DNA of 64,000 nucleotides from Candidatus Uhrbacteria bacterium (lineage in GTDB: Bacteria > Patescibacteriota > Patescibacteriia > UBA9934 > GWF2-40-263). Shown one piece after another: positions 50,366-60,164 of this stretch. Below the pieces are notes generated by a model. The model ran no database searches. It was not told the DNA's origin and saw only the letters and a program-made list of their open reading frames with translations. The first letter of the stretch is position 1. Each line of letters begins with the position of its first letter. Where the stretch lies: positions 68,313-132,312 of the forward strand of contig JACPHT010000006.1 of the NCBI GenBank assembly GCA_016188475.1, read 5' to 3'. Made by a program: the position numbers and the translations under genes.

Positions 50366-50986
50366 ATGCAACAAACTCGTATTCAAATTCTAGTAGCCGC
50401 TCTATTTTTCACCGTAATTGCCGGCCTTCTTTTAATTCGACGTTTCGATACTCTTCCAGAAGAAATAGTAACTTTAGTTTCAACTACGGGATCAGATAGA
50501 ATTATTGGAGAAAAATTTCGTCGAGGCGAATTTATTGAAACAAAAGCAGGAGAGCATCTTGCTATCAGTATTGGAAACAACATTCAAATTGGAATTGATG
50601 AGCGTTCAAGACTTGAACTCTATCGGCTGTTCAAAGATGAACGTAAAATCCGCTTTCAAAAAGGAAGAATCATCATTATCAATAAAGAACGAATCCCTCT
50701 TTTTATAGAAACGAATAAAACAGAGAACGTTTTAGCAAGTGGTTCAGCAACGTTAATCAACTATGATTATCAACAATTAGTGACAATTGCGCCGCTCGAA
50801 GGATCGATTCAAACTCACATAAAAGGAATGAATGAGTACATGCTTATACCAATTCCAATCAGTGTAAATGAAAAAGATCCGGCTTCATATTCGAAAACAA
50901 AAACAGACCCATTGTCTGGAGCAAAAAAATTTTATGAGTGGTTTTACTCAATTATTCCTCCACCCAACATCACTTCCCCATCATAA
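50366..50986 (+). CDS. Membrane-anchored hypothetical protein, FecR-like beta domain possible
   Basis: N-terminal TM; GEFIET...IGIDERSRLEL pattern. Confidence 0.6.
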   Translation: MQQTRIQILVAALFFTVIAGLLLIRRFDTLPEEIVTLVSTTGSDRIIGEKFRRGEFIETKAGEHLAISIGNNIQIGIDERSRLELYRLFKDERKIRFQKGRIIIINKERIPLFIETNKTENVLASGSATLINYDYQQLVTIAPLEGSIQTHIKGMNEYMLIPIPISVNEKDPASYSKTKTDPLSGAKKFYEWFYSIIPPPNITSPS

Positions 50987-52086
50987 AAAACAATTGATTG
51001 TCCCGATGTTACTGCGCGCTGTGGTTTATCAAATTTAACCACAGCTTTTTTTTGTGGAAGAAAAGTTACTGCGCAAGATTGAAGCGGCTGACGATAACGA
51101 ATTCTCGCTTCGCATTTGATTTTTTTTGGAAGTGATTCTACTAGCAAATTAATTTGTTCAATTTCCAGTTCATCTTTATACAAAGACGGATGATAATTAC
51201 TTGTGACAACAAGCTCTTTCGTTTTCTCACGTTTTTCAACAACATAGTAAGGATTTCCACCACCGATATTCAAGCCATGGCGTTGACCGATTGTGAAAAA
51301 ATTTATTCCGGAATGTTCACCAACGATTTTTCCATCTGAAGTTACTATTTTTCCAGGATCCTCTTTAATTCTTGTTTTTAAGAATTCACGCATCTCAACT
51401 TCACCAACAAAACAAATTCCAACGCTGTCTTTTTTTTCAGCCACATCGAGCCCGAGCTTTCGAGCCTTTGCGCGAACTTCTGGTTTTGTCATTTCTCCAA
51501 CAGGAAAAATTATTCTCGGTAAAATTTTTTTATCAATCGCCCACAAAAAATACGTTTGGTCCTTGTTTGAATCTTTCCCAGCTAAAACACACTTTTTGTC
51601 ATTGCGAGGGAGCGCAGCGACCGAAGCAATCTCTTTTCCTAGATTTCTTCGCTTCGATCGCAATGACGGAAAGGTGGCTATACGAGCATAATGCCCCGTC
51701 GCAACATACCCACACCCAAGCCGATCAGCTTCTCTCACAAAACGATCAAACTTGATGAATTTGTTGCACATAACGTCCGGATTTGGCGTTCGTCCTGCAG
51801 ATGATTCGCGAAATAAATATTCGATAACATCTCGCCGATATTCTTTTTCAAAATCAAAAGTTAAAAATGGAATTCCGAGTTTGGCCGCAACACGCGCCGC
51901 ATCACGCCTTTCTATTTTCCAACCGCACTCTTTGAACTCTGGTCCTTCACATTCATTTTCAGACCAATTTTTCATGAAAGCTCCGATCACTTCATATCCT
52001 TGTTCCAACAACAAAGCCGCTGACACTGACGAGTCAACACCTCCTGACATTCCAACAAGAACTTTTTTCTTCCTTGTCATAATCAT
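50944..52086 (-). CDS. mnmA: tRNA-specific 2-thiouridylase MnmA
   Basis: MSGGVDSS, TPNPDVMCN, ATGHYA, KDQTYFL, KKDSVGICF, FTIGQR. Confidence 0.97.
   Translation of the reverse strand: MIMTRKKKVLVGMSGGVDSSVSAALLLEQGYEVIGAFMKNWSENECEGPEFKECGWKIERRDAARVAAKLGIPFLTFDFEKEYRRDVIEYLFRESSAGRTPNPDVMCNKFIKFDRFVREADRLGCGYVATGHYARIATFPSLRSKRRNLGKEIASVAALPRNDKKCVLAGKDSNKDQTYFLWAIDKKILPRIIFPVGEMTKPEVRAKARKLGLDVAEKKDSVGICFVGEVEMREFLKTRIKEDPGKIVTSDGKIVGEHSGINFFTIGQRHGLNIGGGNPYYVVEKREKTKELVVTSNYHPSLYKDELEIEQINLLVESLPKKIKCEARIRYRQPLQSCAVTFLPQKKAVVKFDKPQRAVTSGQSIVFYDGEVMLGGGIIE
51598..51667. repeat. RPE/REP-like palindromic element inserted in-frame in mnmA
   Basis: GTCATTGCGA...GAAGCAATCT-c ttttcct-AGATTTCTTC...TCGCAATGAC nested inverted repeats. 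Confidence 0.8.
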
Positions 52087-53393
52087 GAAAACGTTCTTTT
52101 CAAATTTTCAAATTTCTCTGAATCTTCACGCAGAACAAAAAAATCAGTGAAATTTAGCTTCTCATTATATTTTTGTAGCAAATCTGAATACTTAAAAATA
52201 GGAATATACTCCACGCCATTTACCAATCGTTTTGCAACATAGATCATCGTTGCACGCTCTGAATCGCCTTCCCCAAAATGAGAAAGTTCGTTCAAAACAG
52301 AATAAGTAAAATACCTGATCTTGTTTTGATAACAAAATTCTGACAAACCCGAGAGCAAAATTTGATCTTCTTCTTTGGATTTTTGTAAACGCAAAATTCG
52401 TTTCGCTGGAATTCGTTTTACAATATGCTCTGACCAATAATTTTTCGGATTTTTTGATGACTCAAAAATTTGCTCAATCACAGGACCGTCGCGCAACTGC
52501 GTATATAAGTATGGATCCGTGGGAATTTTCAATGAGATCTCTCTGGTTCGAATTGCTTCTTCCAAATAATGTGAAAATCCCGCCTTTGTTTTATGATAAT
52601 AAACTTGATCTATCATGTGATAACGAGCAAGAAGCATGTCTTCATACGCTCGCACTCCGTTTTCAGAAAGAGTCATGATCAGTTGATCATCGTGCTGTGC
52701 AACCCCAAACGATGAGATCAACCAATCAACATCATAATTCCCATACGCGACTCCACAAAAATAACTGTCACGCAAAAGATAATCCATTCGATCAGAATCT
52801 GCCTCGCCAGAAATAAGTCCTTTGAGAACTCGTCCGAGCCCAGGAATACGTACTGAAATTTTTTCCAAGTATTCAGACGGAAAAATATCTTTGTGCATGA
52901 TCGATGCGACATCTTGTGCGAACGATTTTTCCAAAACACCTTCTTGAACAAGAGTTTGAATCAATAGAATGCTGTAATCTTCGTGAGCGGATTTTCGATT
53001 AGGTTTTTGTTTCCACCAAGACCAGTCAAATGGAAAATCCTCGAGCGATGGAAAAATATATTCTGACGCGTGAGAAAACGGACCGTGCCCAATGTCGTGT
53101 AAAAGTCCTGCAACACGAACACGAGAACGAAGGGCTTGAATGTCAACATCAAAAATTGGAACGTTTCGTGAATCTGAAAACAAATGATCAAATAGTCGTC
53201 CGGCAACATGCATTGTCCCAATCGAGTGTAAAAATCTGTCGTGAGTTCCACCAGGATAAACATAAGAATGCAAAAAACCAAGCTGGCTTATGAAACGCAA
53301 ACGCTGAAAAAACGGATGATCAATGATCGTCCGTTCAAATTCGCTAAATGAAATGCGATGATGAATTGGATCGCGAAGTTCGTATGAGGACAT
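52083..53393 (-). CDS. HD-domain phosphohydrolase (SAMHD1/dNTPase-like)
   Basis: DPIH, FQRLR, HDRFLHSIG, LLHDIGHGPFSH, DSDRMDYLLRD. Confidence 0.9.
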   Translation of the reverse strand: MSSYELRDPIHHRISFSEFERTIIDHPFFQRLRFISQLGFLHSYVYPGGTHDRFLHSIGTMHVAGRLFDHLFSDSRNVPIFDVDIQALRSRVRVAGLLHDIGHGPFSHASEYIFPSLEDFPFDWSWWKQKPNRKSAHEDYSILLIQTLVQEGVLEKSFAQDVASIMHKDIFPSEYLEKISVRIPGLGRVLKGLISGEADSDRMDYLLRDSYFCGVAYGNYDVDWLISSFGVAQHDDQLIMTLSENGVRAYEDMLLARYHMIDQVYYHKTKAGFSHYLEEAIRTREISLKIPTDPYLYTQLRDGPVIEQIFESSKNPKNYWSEHIVKRIPAKRILRLQKSKEEDQILLSGLSEFCYQNKIRYFTYSVLNELSHFGEGDSERATMIYVAKRLVNGVEYIPIFKYSDLLQKYNEKLNFTDFFVLREDSEKFENLKRTFS

Positions 53394-53452
53394 AAAAAAG
53401 TAGCTGATACTTCTTTCTTCTTGATACTTGCTACCAATTATCATTCGAAATG

Positions 53453-55423
53453 TCAATCAAACTTGATGGTTTGCCCTGGTTTTAATGTGCCTGTATTTTT
53501 TTGCACGGTAGGTGTTGAAGAAAGTAAAGGGGTATTAGGAATCTGAACATTCGGTTTCTTATTTCGATTACGTTTTCGTTTTTTAGGTGAACTAACAGAA
53601 AAATTTACTGGCGACCCAATTGAGTTCGCCTTTGGAAGTGAAACGACTGGCGGTTTTTTAATTTCACTTGAAAGCCAATCATCTTTAAGCTGAGAAGCGG
53701 GCGTTGAAGCACTGCCTTCGACCACCGGACTTGGCGAGGTCACATCTGAAAGCTGGGCAAGCTCAGGCAATACATGTGTTTTCTCTTCAGCCCTTTCAGT
53801 CCTTTCAGTCTTCTCTGGCTTCACATTCAACCTGTTCAAACTAATTGGCTCAGAAGTTGTCTGACGCTCAACTATCGTTCCTTCAGACGGTCTTGGCGGT
53901 AATTCAGATTTTGAACGAACCTCTGTTCGTTTTGGTTTACCATGCTTACGTTCTTCTCTAACAATTTCAATACACTCCTCGCAATAAATCGGTCGAGAAC
54001 GATCAAGTTCAACCGCTAAAACAATTTGTTTATTACATCGTGTGCAATTATATTCAAAACGAGGTTTGCGCGATGATTTTACAAGTTTCTTTTTTTCTTC
54101 TGCTTCCTTAAGCAATGTGTCCATGTCAGCATCTTCCATCCCGCTCCATTTCAAAATCTTTTCTTCAATTTCTTTTCGTGGATTTGCGAAACGTTCACGC
54201 GAAACTTTAATGACCCTATCAGCAGAACCGGTTTTTTTTGAAATTGGTGGCAACGTAATCGCTGAAAACGGCTGGCTTGAAACTCCATCAATAAGCAACT
54301 TCAAATAAACGTTGTATTTGGGAAGATTAATAATATCTTCGGGCATAAAACGCGGAGCGAATTCCTTTTCCATATACAATCCGTCTGGCGAACCGACACG
54401 ATATGAAATTATTGTTCCAACGTTTCCGAAGACCGCTTCGCGAACTTCATCAGTGAGTTGCGCGATATATTGATGAGCCATTGTTAAACACAAACGATAT
54501 TTGCGAGCTTCGGAAAGAATTCCTGCAAACGACTCGACAGCAAAATTTTGAAACTCATCAACGTACAAATAAAAATCTTTTCGATCTTTTTCAGGAACGT
54601 CTACTCGTTCCATTGCGGCAAGCTGAAGTTTCGTGATGAGGAGCCCGCCAAGCAAACGAGAGTTGTCTTCACCAATGCGACCCTTTGAAAGATTTATGAT
54701 GAAAATCTTTTCAGAATCCATTATTTCGCGAATGTGAATCGTCGATTTTACTTGCGCGACAATGTTTCGAATAACTGACGCTGATAAAAATTGCCCGATC
54801 TTGTTTTGAATTGGTGCAACTGCCTCTTGCGCGTACTTATCGTTATACGATGCGAATTCTTTGAGCCAAAATTGCTTGACAACAGGATCTGTGACATTTC
54901 CGACAATTCGATTTCTAAATTCTTCCTCTGAAAGCATGCGATTTATTCCAAGTAATGTCTGTCCGGGATTATCAAGAAGAGCCAAGATCGTGTTATTCAA
55001 AATGTATTCCATACGCGAAGACCACATGTTTTCCCAAATCTTCTTGAAAACACCCATCATTCCGCTCGCAACCAAATGCTTATGGCGTTCGCTCACAGCT
55101 TCCAAAATATTAAAACCAATCGGGAAATCAACATCAGACGGATTGAAATAAATTACATCGTTGATTCGCCAGCTTGGAATGTAATCAATCAATTTTTCAG
55201 CCGTGTCTCCGTGTGGATCAACATAACAACAGCCGTGTCCTGCATAAATATCAGACAAAATAAAATTTTCGAGTAAAGTCGTTTTTCCCATGCCTGTTTT
55301 TCCAATCACATAAACATGGCGACGTCTATCGTCGGTTTTGATTCCAAACTTTGTCATCGAATTTCTGAAATTCGTTTTTGCAAAGTATGTGACTTCATTT
55401 TCGTGGTCGTGATTATGGGACAT
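53453..55423 (-). CDS. VirD4/TraG/HerA-like P-loop ATPase with a C-terminal CxxC-x17-CxxC domain
   Basis: GKTGMGKT, YVDPHGD, YVDEFQNF, EARKY; CTRC...CEEC. Confidence 0.88.
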   Translation of the reverse strand: MSHNHDHENEVTYFAKTNFRNSMTKFGIKTDDRRRHVYVIGKTGMGKTTLLENFILSDIYAGHGCCYVDPHGDTAEKLIDYIPSWRINDVIYFNPSDVDFPIGFNILEAVSERHKHLVASGMMGVFKKIWENMWSSRMEYILNNTILALLDNPGQTLLGINRMLSEEEFRNRIVGNVTDPVVKQFWLKEFASYNDKYAQEAVAPIQNKIGQFLSASVIRNIVAQVKSTIHIREIMDSEKIFIINLSKGRIGEDNSRLLGGLLITKLQLAAMERVDVPEKDRKDFYLYVDEFQNFAVESFAGILSEARKYRLCLTMAHQYIAQLTDEVREAVFGNVGTIISYRVGSPDGLYMEKEFAPRFMPEDIINLPKYNVYLKLLIDGVSSQPFSAITLPPISKKTGSADRVIKVSRERFANPRKEIEEKILKWSGMEDADMDTLLKEAEEKKKLVKSSRKPRFEYNCTRCNKQIVLAVELDRSRPIYCEECIEIVREERKHGKPKRTEVRSKSELPPRPSEGTIVERQTTSEPISLNRLNVKPEKTERTERAEEKTHVLPELAQLSDVTSPSPVVEGSASTPASQLKDDWLSSEIKKPPVVSLPKANSIGSPVNFSVSSPKKRKRNRNKKPNVQIPNTPLLSSTPTVQKNTGTLKPGQTIKFD

Positions 55424-55471
55424 AGGAAGAAAGGTCAAAAAGTACGGAAAGGTCTGAAAGGTCGAAAAACG

Positions 55472-57040
55472 TCAAACTGGTAAATTTGGTGGAACAAAAT
55501 CGTCACTTTGCGTTAATGGTTTTTCTTTTACCGGACTTGTTGGTGGTTTAACATCTGGGACTTCGGCGGAACCTATTGTGTCTTCGATCTTCGTTTCACG
55601 CTGGTTAAAGCCAGTGGCTTCAGCGTCTTCCTCCTTTCCTTCAGTTTTATTCATCCCTTCCATTTCTTCCTTCTCTTCCCTCCCCACTGCCAAGGTCTCC
55701 TCTTCAAACGTAATTGGAAGTCCAACAGGAGGTTCAGCTCGTCGAGCTTCGGCTTTCTTAACCAACGGCGCCTTAAATCCAAATGTCGGGAAGTGCCAAA
55801 GCGAAGCTATTTCCTCAACATTCAGAAATGATGGATCGGCTCCGATTCCCCAGCTTCGGTTTTGGTACGCCTTCATAAGCGTATGCTGTTTTTTTGTATA
55901 AACCCAACGCATCCAAAAATAATCATCTTTAGGAACTTGTGGAATAAAGAGCTCAAACTTATTCAACGCAAGATCAGCATATTGATTCAGGATGCCTTTT
56001 ACCATTCCAGTTCGTTCAACTTTCACAAACGCGTTCTTTTTCGCGACATAAAGAATTCGAATTTTTGTTCCCATTCCAACTTTTGAAAGTTTTCGGTATA
56101 AAGCATCTGCCTCTTTTGTTTCTTGTAAAGGCAGTAAAACATACGGCTCTTTTTTTGTTTCTTCTGTTGTGATGCCAAATAAGCCTCCAAGATCAGTTCC
56201 GGTTGCATTTGCGACCACTCCAATTGGCCACGAAACAACTGAATCAATAGCGGAAACTATCGCGCTCTTTTTTGCTTGCTCTGTTTTACCATAAAGTTTA
56301 TTGAGTCGTGCAATTCCTTCCTTAATCCAATCGTTCGTCGATGGCTGAACGATCATTTGAAACCAAAAATGTTCTCCTGGACGCATTTTTGCGAGTTGTT
56401 CAAGCGTGTGTCCAAGTGGATCCTTGATCTCTCCAGTTACCTTATCCTCAAATTCTATGTATGTACGAATTGGATACATTGAAGGTTTTGCAAGTTTGAA
56501 TTCCCCGCCCCACATTTCATATTCATTATCTGGATATACATTTGGAAATTTGGTTGAATAATCCTCGACTTCTGAAATTTCAGCATCAGGATAATGAGCA
56601 TAAATTCCGGCTTCGATCATGTCACGAAAACGAGTTTGCGTTCGAACAAGAAATTGGATATACCCCTCGGCTGAAATTATTTCAAAAGAAAAACTTGGAT
56701 GATATTTTCCAACTATCCACGTTTCCTTCCAAGTTAGAGTCGACTTGGATCCATACAAACTCGAAAACAAATTCTCAAGCGCTTTTGGCGTTTGTTCTGT
56801 CATTGAAGGAACGTCTATCGCTAACAAAACAAATTTTAAAGTCTTTGACCATTCGCCCTGACGATAGTTTTGCCACATCATCACAAAACCCCAACCAAGT
56901 GTGATCGCAATCGGAATCCATCCAAACCAAATAAAAAAATTAAAAAGAATGACGTCAATTGGACGTTCAAAAAACGGAACTGCTACAGCTGAAGTTTGAA
57001 CTGCTTGTTGAACGATTGGTATTGCAAAAAGCGGAAGCAT
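55472..57040 (-). CDS. Membrane-anchored hypothetical protein, probable partner of the ATPase
   Basis: N-terminal TM; FSFEI, HYPDAEISEVEDY, YPIRTY, EEIASLWHFP. Confidence 0.75.
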   Translation of the reverse strand: MLPLFAIPIVQQAVQTSAVAVPFFERPIDVILFNFFIWFGWIPIAITLGWGFVMMWQNYRQGEWSKTLKFVLLAIDVPSMTEQTPKALENLFSSLYGSKSTLTWKETWIVGKYHPSFSFEIISAEGYIQFLVRTQTRFRDMIEAGIYAHYPDAEISEVEDYSTKFPNVYPDNEYEMWGGEFKLAKPSMYPIRTYIEFEDKVTGEIKDPLGHTLEQLAKMRPGEHFWFQMIVQPSTNDWIKEGIARLNKLYGKTEQAKKSAIVSAIDSVVSWPIGVVANATGTDLGGLFGITTEETKKEPYVLLPLQETKEADALYRKLSKVGMGTKIRILYVAKKNAFVKVERTGMVKGILNQYADLALNKFELFIPQVPKDDYFWMRWVYTKKQHTLMKAYQNRSWGIGADPSFLNVEEIASLWHFPTFGFKAPLVKKAEARRAEPPVGLPITFEEETLAVGREEKEEMEGMNKTEGKEEDAEATGFNQRETKIEDTIGSAEVPDVKPPTSPVKEKPLTQSDDFVPPNLPV

Positions 57041-57064
57041 AGGTGCCTATAAAAATAGTATATC

Positions 57065-57091
57065 AAAAAAACGGACTGCTGTCGTCCGTTT
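57065..57091 (-). terminator. Intrinsic terminator after secF
   Basis: AAACGGAC-7 nt-GTCCGTTT with a U-tract on the minus strand. Confidence 0.65.
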
Positions 57092-57128
57092 GTTTTTACC
57101 TCCAGCTTCTTCATCCTCTCCAGCTTCT

Positions 57129-58022
57129 TCAGCTTCTCTTCTTCATCTTCTCCCAAACCACGAGCAGTGGACTTGCTAAAAAAATTGAAGAGTATGTTCC
57201 AACTGTGATTCCAATAATAAGGGCAAGCGCAAAAGGTTGCGTGCTATCGCCGCCAAAAATGAAAATTGCAATCAAAGCAAGGATTGTTGTCAAACTTGTA
57301 TTGAGTGATCTAAGAAGAGTTTGCTCAATGCTCATTTCTACTGTTTCCGATAATGTATGAGCTGTTCTACGAAGCAAGTTCTCGCGTGTGCGGTCAAAAA
57401 CAACGATTGTATCGTTGATTGAATAGCCAAGAACTGTCAGTGCGGCCGCGATAATCGCGGCACCGACTTCCCATCCAAACCAAACACCAAATAACGCGAA
57501 TGCCCCGATCATGATAACAACATCATGAAATGCGGTTAGGACTGTAATGGTTGCATATTTCCACGAAGCAACAGGTTCCGAAACCTTACGAAACGCCCAT
57601 GCAACATAAAGTCCAATCAAAATAAGCGTCAAAATAACACCAATAGTCGCTGTGCGTCTCAGTTCGCTCCCGATCACTGGTCCAACTGATTCAAAACTCA
57701 ACTCTGTTAAATTACCATGGGCTGTTTTTATTGCACCTAAAACCGATTGATGCTCATCTTCCGAAAGCATCTGCGTGCGAATCAAAAAACCATTTTCACC
57801 TGACGTTTGAATCGTGGCGTCTTTATATCCAGCATCATCAAACGTCTGTTTCATTGCGCCAACACTTACAGGTTGATCGAATTTAATTTCAATGAGACTT
57901 CCACCTGTAAAATCAACTCCATATTTCAATCCCGGATAAACAATAAGAACAAGGCTCGCAACAACGAGAAATCCTGAAAGAAAAAACCAGTAATTTCTAT
58001 TTTTGATAACTTGTAATTTCAT
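57129..58022 (-). CDS. secF: Protein translocase subunit SecF
   Basis: GVDFTGG, VGPVIG, GYSINDTIVVFDR, GTYSSIFLA. Confidence 0.96.
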   Translation of the reverse strand: MKLQVIKNRNYWFFLSGFLVVASLVLIVYPGLKYGVDFTGGSLIEIKFDQPVSVGAMKQTFDDAGYKDATIQTSGENGFLIRTQMLSEDEHQSVLGAIKTAHGNLTELSFESVGPVIGSELRRTATIGVILTLILIGLYVAWAFRKVSEPVASWKYATITVLTAFHDVVIMIGAFALFGVWFGWEVGAAIIAAALTVLGYSINDTIVVFDRTRENLLRRTAHTLSETVEMSIEQTLLRSLNTSLTTILALIAIFIFGGDSTQPFALALIIGITVGTYSSIFLASPLLVVWEKMKKRS

Positions 58023-58165
58023 ACCCGGTAGTACAACAATGATTTATATTATCGATTAATTATTTCTTTTGCTAACATTGGTTCGACTACTCATGTTGAA
58101 TGTCATACAGGCTGTGTTAAAGCACGGAAGAACAGGCGACAGATCATTGTTGTCCTACCGGGCAT
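58021..58165 (-). repeat. Start-codon-associated long-stem element family B, copy at secF
   Basis: 23-nt inverted arms; minus strand ATGCCCGGTAGGACAAC...GTTGTACTACCGGGT then the secF ATG. Confidence 0.88.
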
Positions 58166-60164
58166 TATTCGATTTTTTTACGCAAAAGAGCGCAAACTTC
58201 CGCGCCCATTTCCATGCGAGAACATTTTTGAGATAAACACGACTTACCATTATCGCACTAAACATGCTCAATATAACTCCGATCGCAAGTGTTAGCGCAA
58301 ATCCGCGAATAAAACTTGAACTAAACCAGTACAAAACAGCGGCCGCTATCAATGTTGTTAGGTTTCCATCACGAATTGAAGTCCACGCGCGCGTGAACGC
58401 CTCATCAGTCGCTGAACCGAAATCTCGTCCAGAATGAAGCTCTTCCTTCAAGCGCTCAAAAATAAGAACGTTAGCGTCAACTGCCATACCAATCGACAAA
58501 ACAAATCCCGCTATTCCAGCAAGCGTTATTGTGACATCAAAAAAACGATATGCCGCAAGGTTTATAACTGCGAAAAACAAAAGCGCAAGAGTCGCAATAA
58601 GTCCTGGCAATCTATAAAAAACTAGCATGAAAAGCCCAACAAGAATTAACCCAATAAGCCCAGCGTTGATACTTTTTGCAAGTGATACAGCTCCGAGAGT
58701 TGGACCAACGGTTTGTTGTGAAACCAAATTTATCGGAACTGGCAAAGCTCCAGCATTCAAATCCTGCGCAAGCAAACGCGCTTCATCAACAGTGAAATCA
58801 CTAGTTATTACAGCTTGACCGCCATAGATTGCCTGTTGAACTCTCGGAGCTGAAATAAGTCCTCCATCAAGAAAAATCGCTATCGGTTCTCCAACATGAG
58901 CCTCTGTTAGTTTTCCAAATAAATCAGAACCTTCATCGTTGAAGTCAAGCAAAACATTCGGCGCTCCTGATCTTTGGTCAAATTGAACTGACGCTCGCTT
59001 TAGGTGTTTTCCTGAAAGCGCTGTATTTTTCCAAGGTGAACTTGGAACAATGTCAGCTTCGGTTGTGAACGGCATCAAAATGCGCTTTACAGTTACAGCC
59101 GAGACAGGACGCTCATCGCGTTTATAAATTATGTGAAAACCAAACTCTGATTCAACAACATCTGAAATTTCTCCAACTGGAGTTGAAAGAGCCGCAAGCG
59201 CAAAAGCGTCAACGTACTTATCTGGTGTTGCCCACCCAAGATCTTCCACTCCTTCGAGTGTTGAGAAGCTTTCCGGAGTTGCAGATTTTTTCAAATTTTG
59301 AATTTTGATTGAAGCTTCAATTTCAGGGATTGGTTTTTCACATCGCAGTTTACCTTCGTAGCAAACAAGAACATGCGAAAGCAACATTTCTTTTGTATCA
59401 CCAACTTCTTCAACACGGAAAATACTAATACCTTCGTTAGTTTCCAAAACCGAATTTGAAATTTGACCGGCCTTCAACTTTTTTTGTTTGGCTTGAATAA
59501 AATAATCTGAAAATTGAGAATTTGCTGTAATATTTTTGATTGTTGATTTTGCGAGTGGAACTTTGCTATTTTCGGAAATAAGTTTGTCAAAATCTTCGCC
59601 AGCGAGCGCTCGGTCCAAAACAGCATTCGCAGATGCTCGATCATTTTTTTGCATTTCTTTAAGTTGCGTTTTCTCGTCATCGGTCAAAGCGCGTCCAGGC
59701 TCTTTAACAGGTTCCTTAAATTCAAGAACTGGTGTTTTGCCGATTTGCTCAATAGCTTGTGTAACATCTTTGATTCCTGCGAGTTCGATTACCAAACGAT
59801 ATGTGCCGCCAGTTGAGATTGTTTGAACAATAGGCTCTGAAACTCCAAACGAATTAACACGACGTTCGATCACGTTTTTAACTCCATCGAGAGCGTTAAC
59901 TCGCTCTGTAGCAGGTATTTCCGTCATGTCAGCCTCGTAAACAAGATGCGTTCCACCCTGAAGATCGAGTCCAAGACGAAAAGGAGTTTCGGCAATTTTC
60001 ATTCCATCAAGACTAACAGCGCGCACAGCTTGATTCCACAACTGTGGAAAATCATAGCCAGCGAACACAAGTGTCAAGACAATCATGAGTACGCCAATGA
60101 TTCGTCTTGCCCAAGGTTTTTTAGTTTTATTAACTGACTTTCTTTTAATTTTCCATGTTTGCAT
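58155..60164 (-). CDS. secD: Protein translocase subunit SecD with inserted parvulin/PPIase-like segments
   Basis: LGLDLQGG, RRVNSFGVSEP, GALPVP, MAVDANVLIFER; VGEISDVVESEFGFHII parvulin-like motif. Confidence 0.95.
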   Translation of the reverse strand: MQTWKIKRKSVNKTKKPWARRIIGVLMIVLTLVFAGYDFPQLWNQAVRAVSLDGMKIAETPFRLGLDLQGGTHLVYEADMTEIPATERVNALDGVKNVIERRVNSFGVSEPIVQTISTGGTYRLVIELAGIKDVTQAIEQIGKTPVLEFKEPVKEPGRALTDDEKTQLKEMQKNDRASANAVLDRALAGEDFDKLISENSKVPLAKSTIKNITANSQFSDYFIQAKQKKLKAGQISNSVLETNEGISIFRVEEVGDTKEMLLSHVLVCYEGKLRCEKPIPEIEASIKIQNLKKSATPESFSTLEGVEDLGWATPDKYVDAFALAALSTPVGEISDVVESEFGFHIIYKRDERPVSAVTVKRILMPFTTEADIVPSSPWKNTALSGKHLKRASVQFDQRSGAPNVLLDFNDEGSDLFGKLTEAHVGEPIAIFLDGGLISAPRVQQAIYGGQAVITSDFTVDEARLLAQDLNAGALPVPINLVSQQTVGPTLGAVSLAKSINAGLIGLILVGLFMLVFYRLPGLIATLALLFFAVINLAAYRFFDVTITLAGIAGFVLSIGMAVDANVLIFERLKEELHSGRDFGSATDEAFTRAWTSIRDGNLTTLIAAAVLYWFSSSFIRGFALTLAIGVILSMFSAIMVSRVYLKNVLAWKWARKFALFCVKKSNNAR

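Noticed and set aside
57043-57360. 105-aa plus-strand ORF, and the many similar short antisense or nested ORFs in the track
   Set aside because: These are shadow frames of well-supported genes on the opposite strand or frame.
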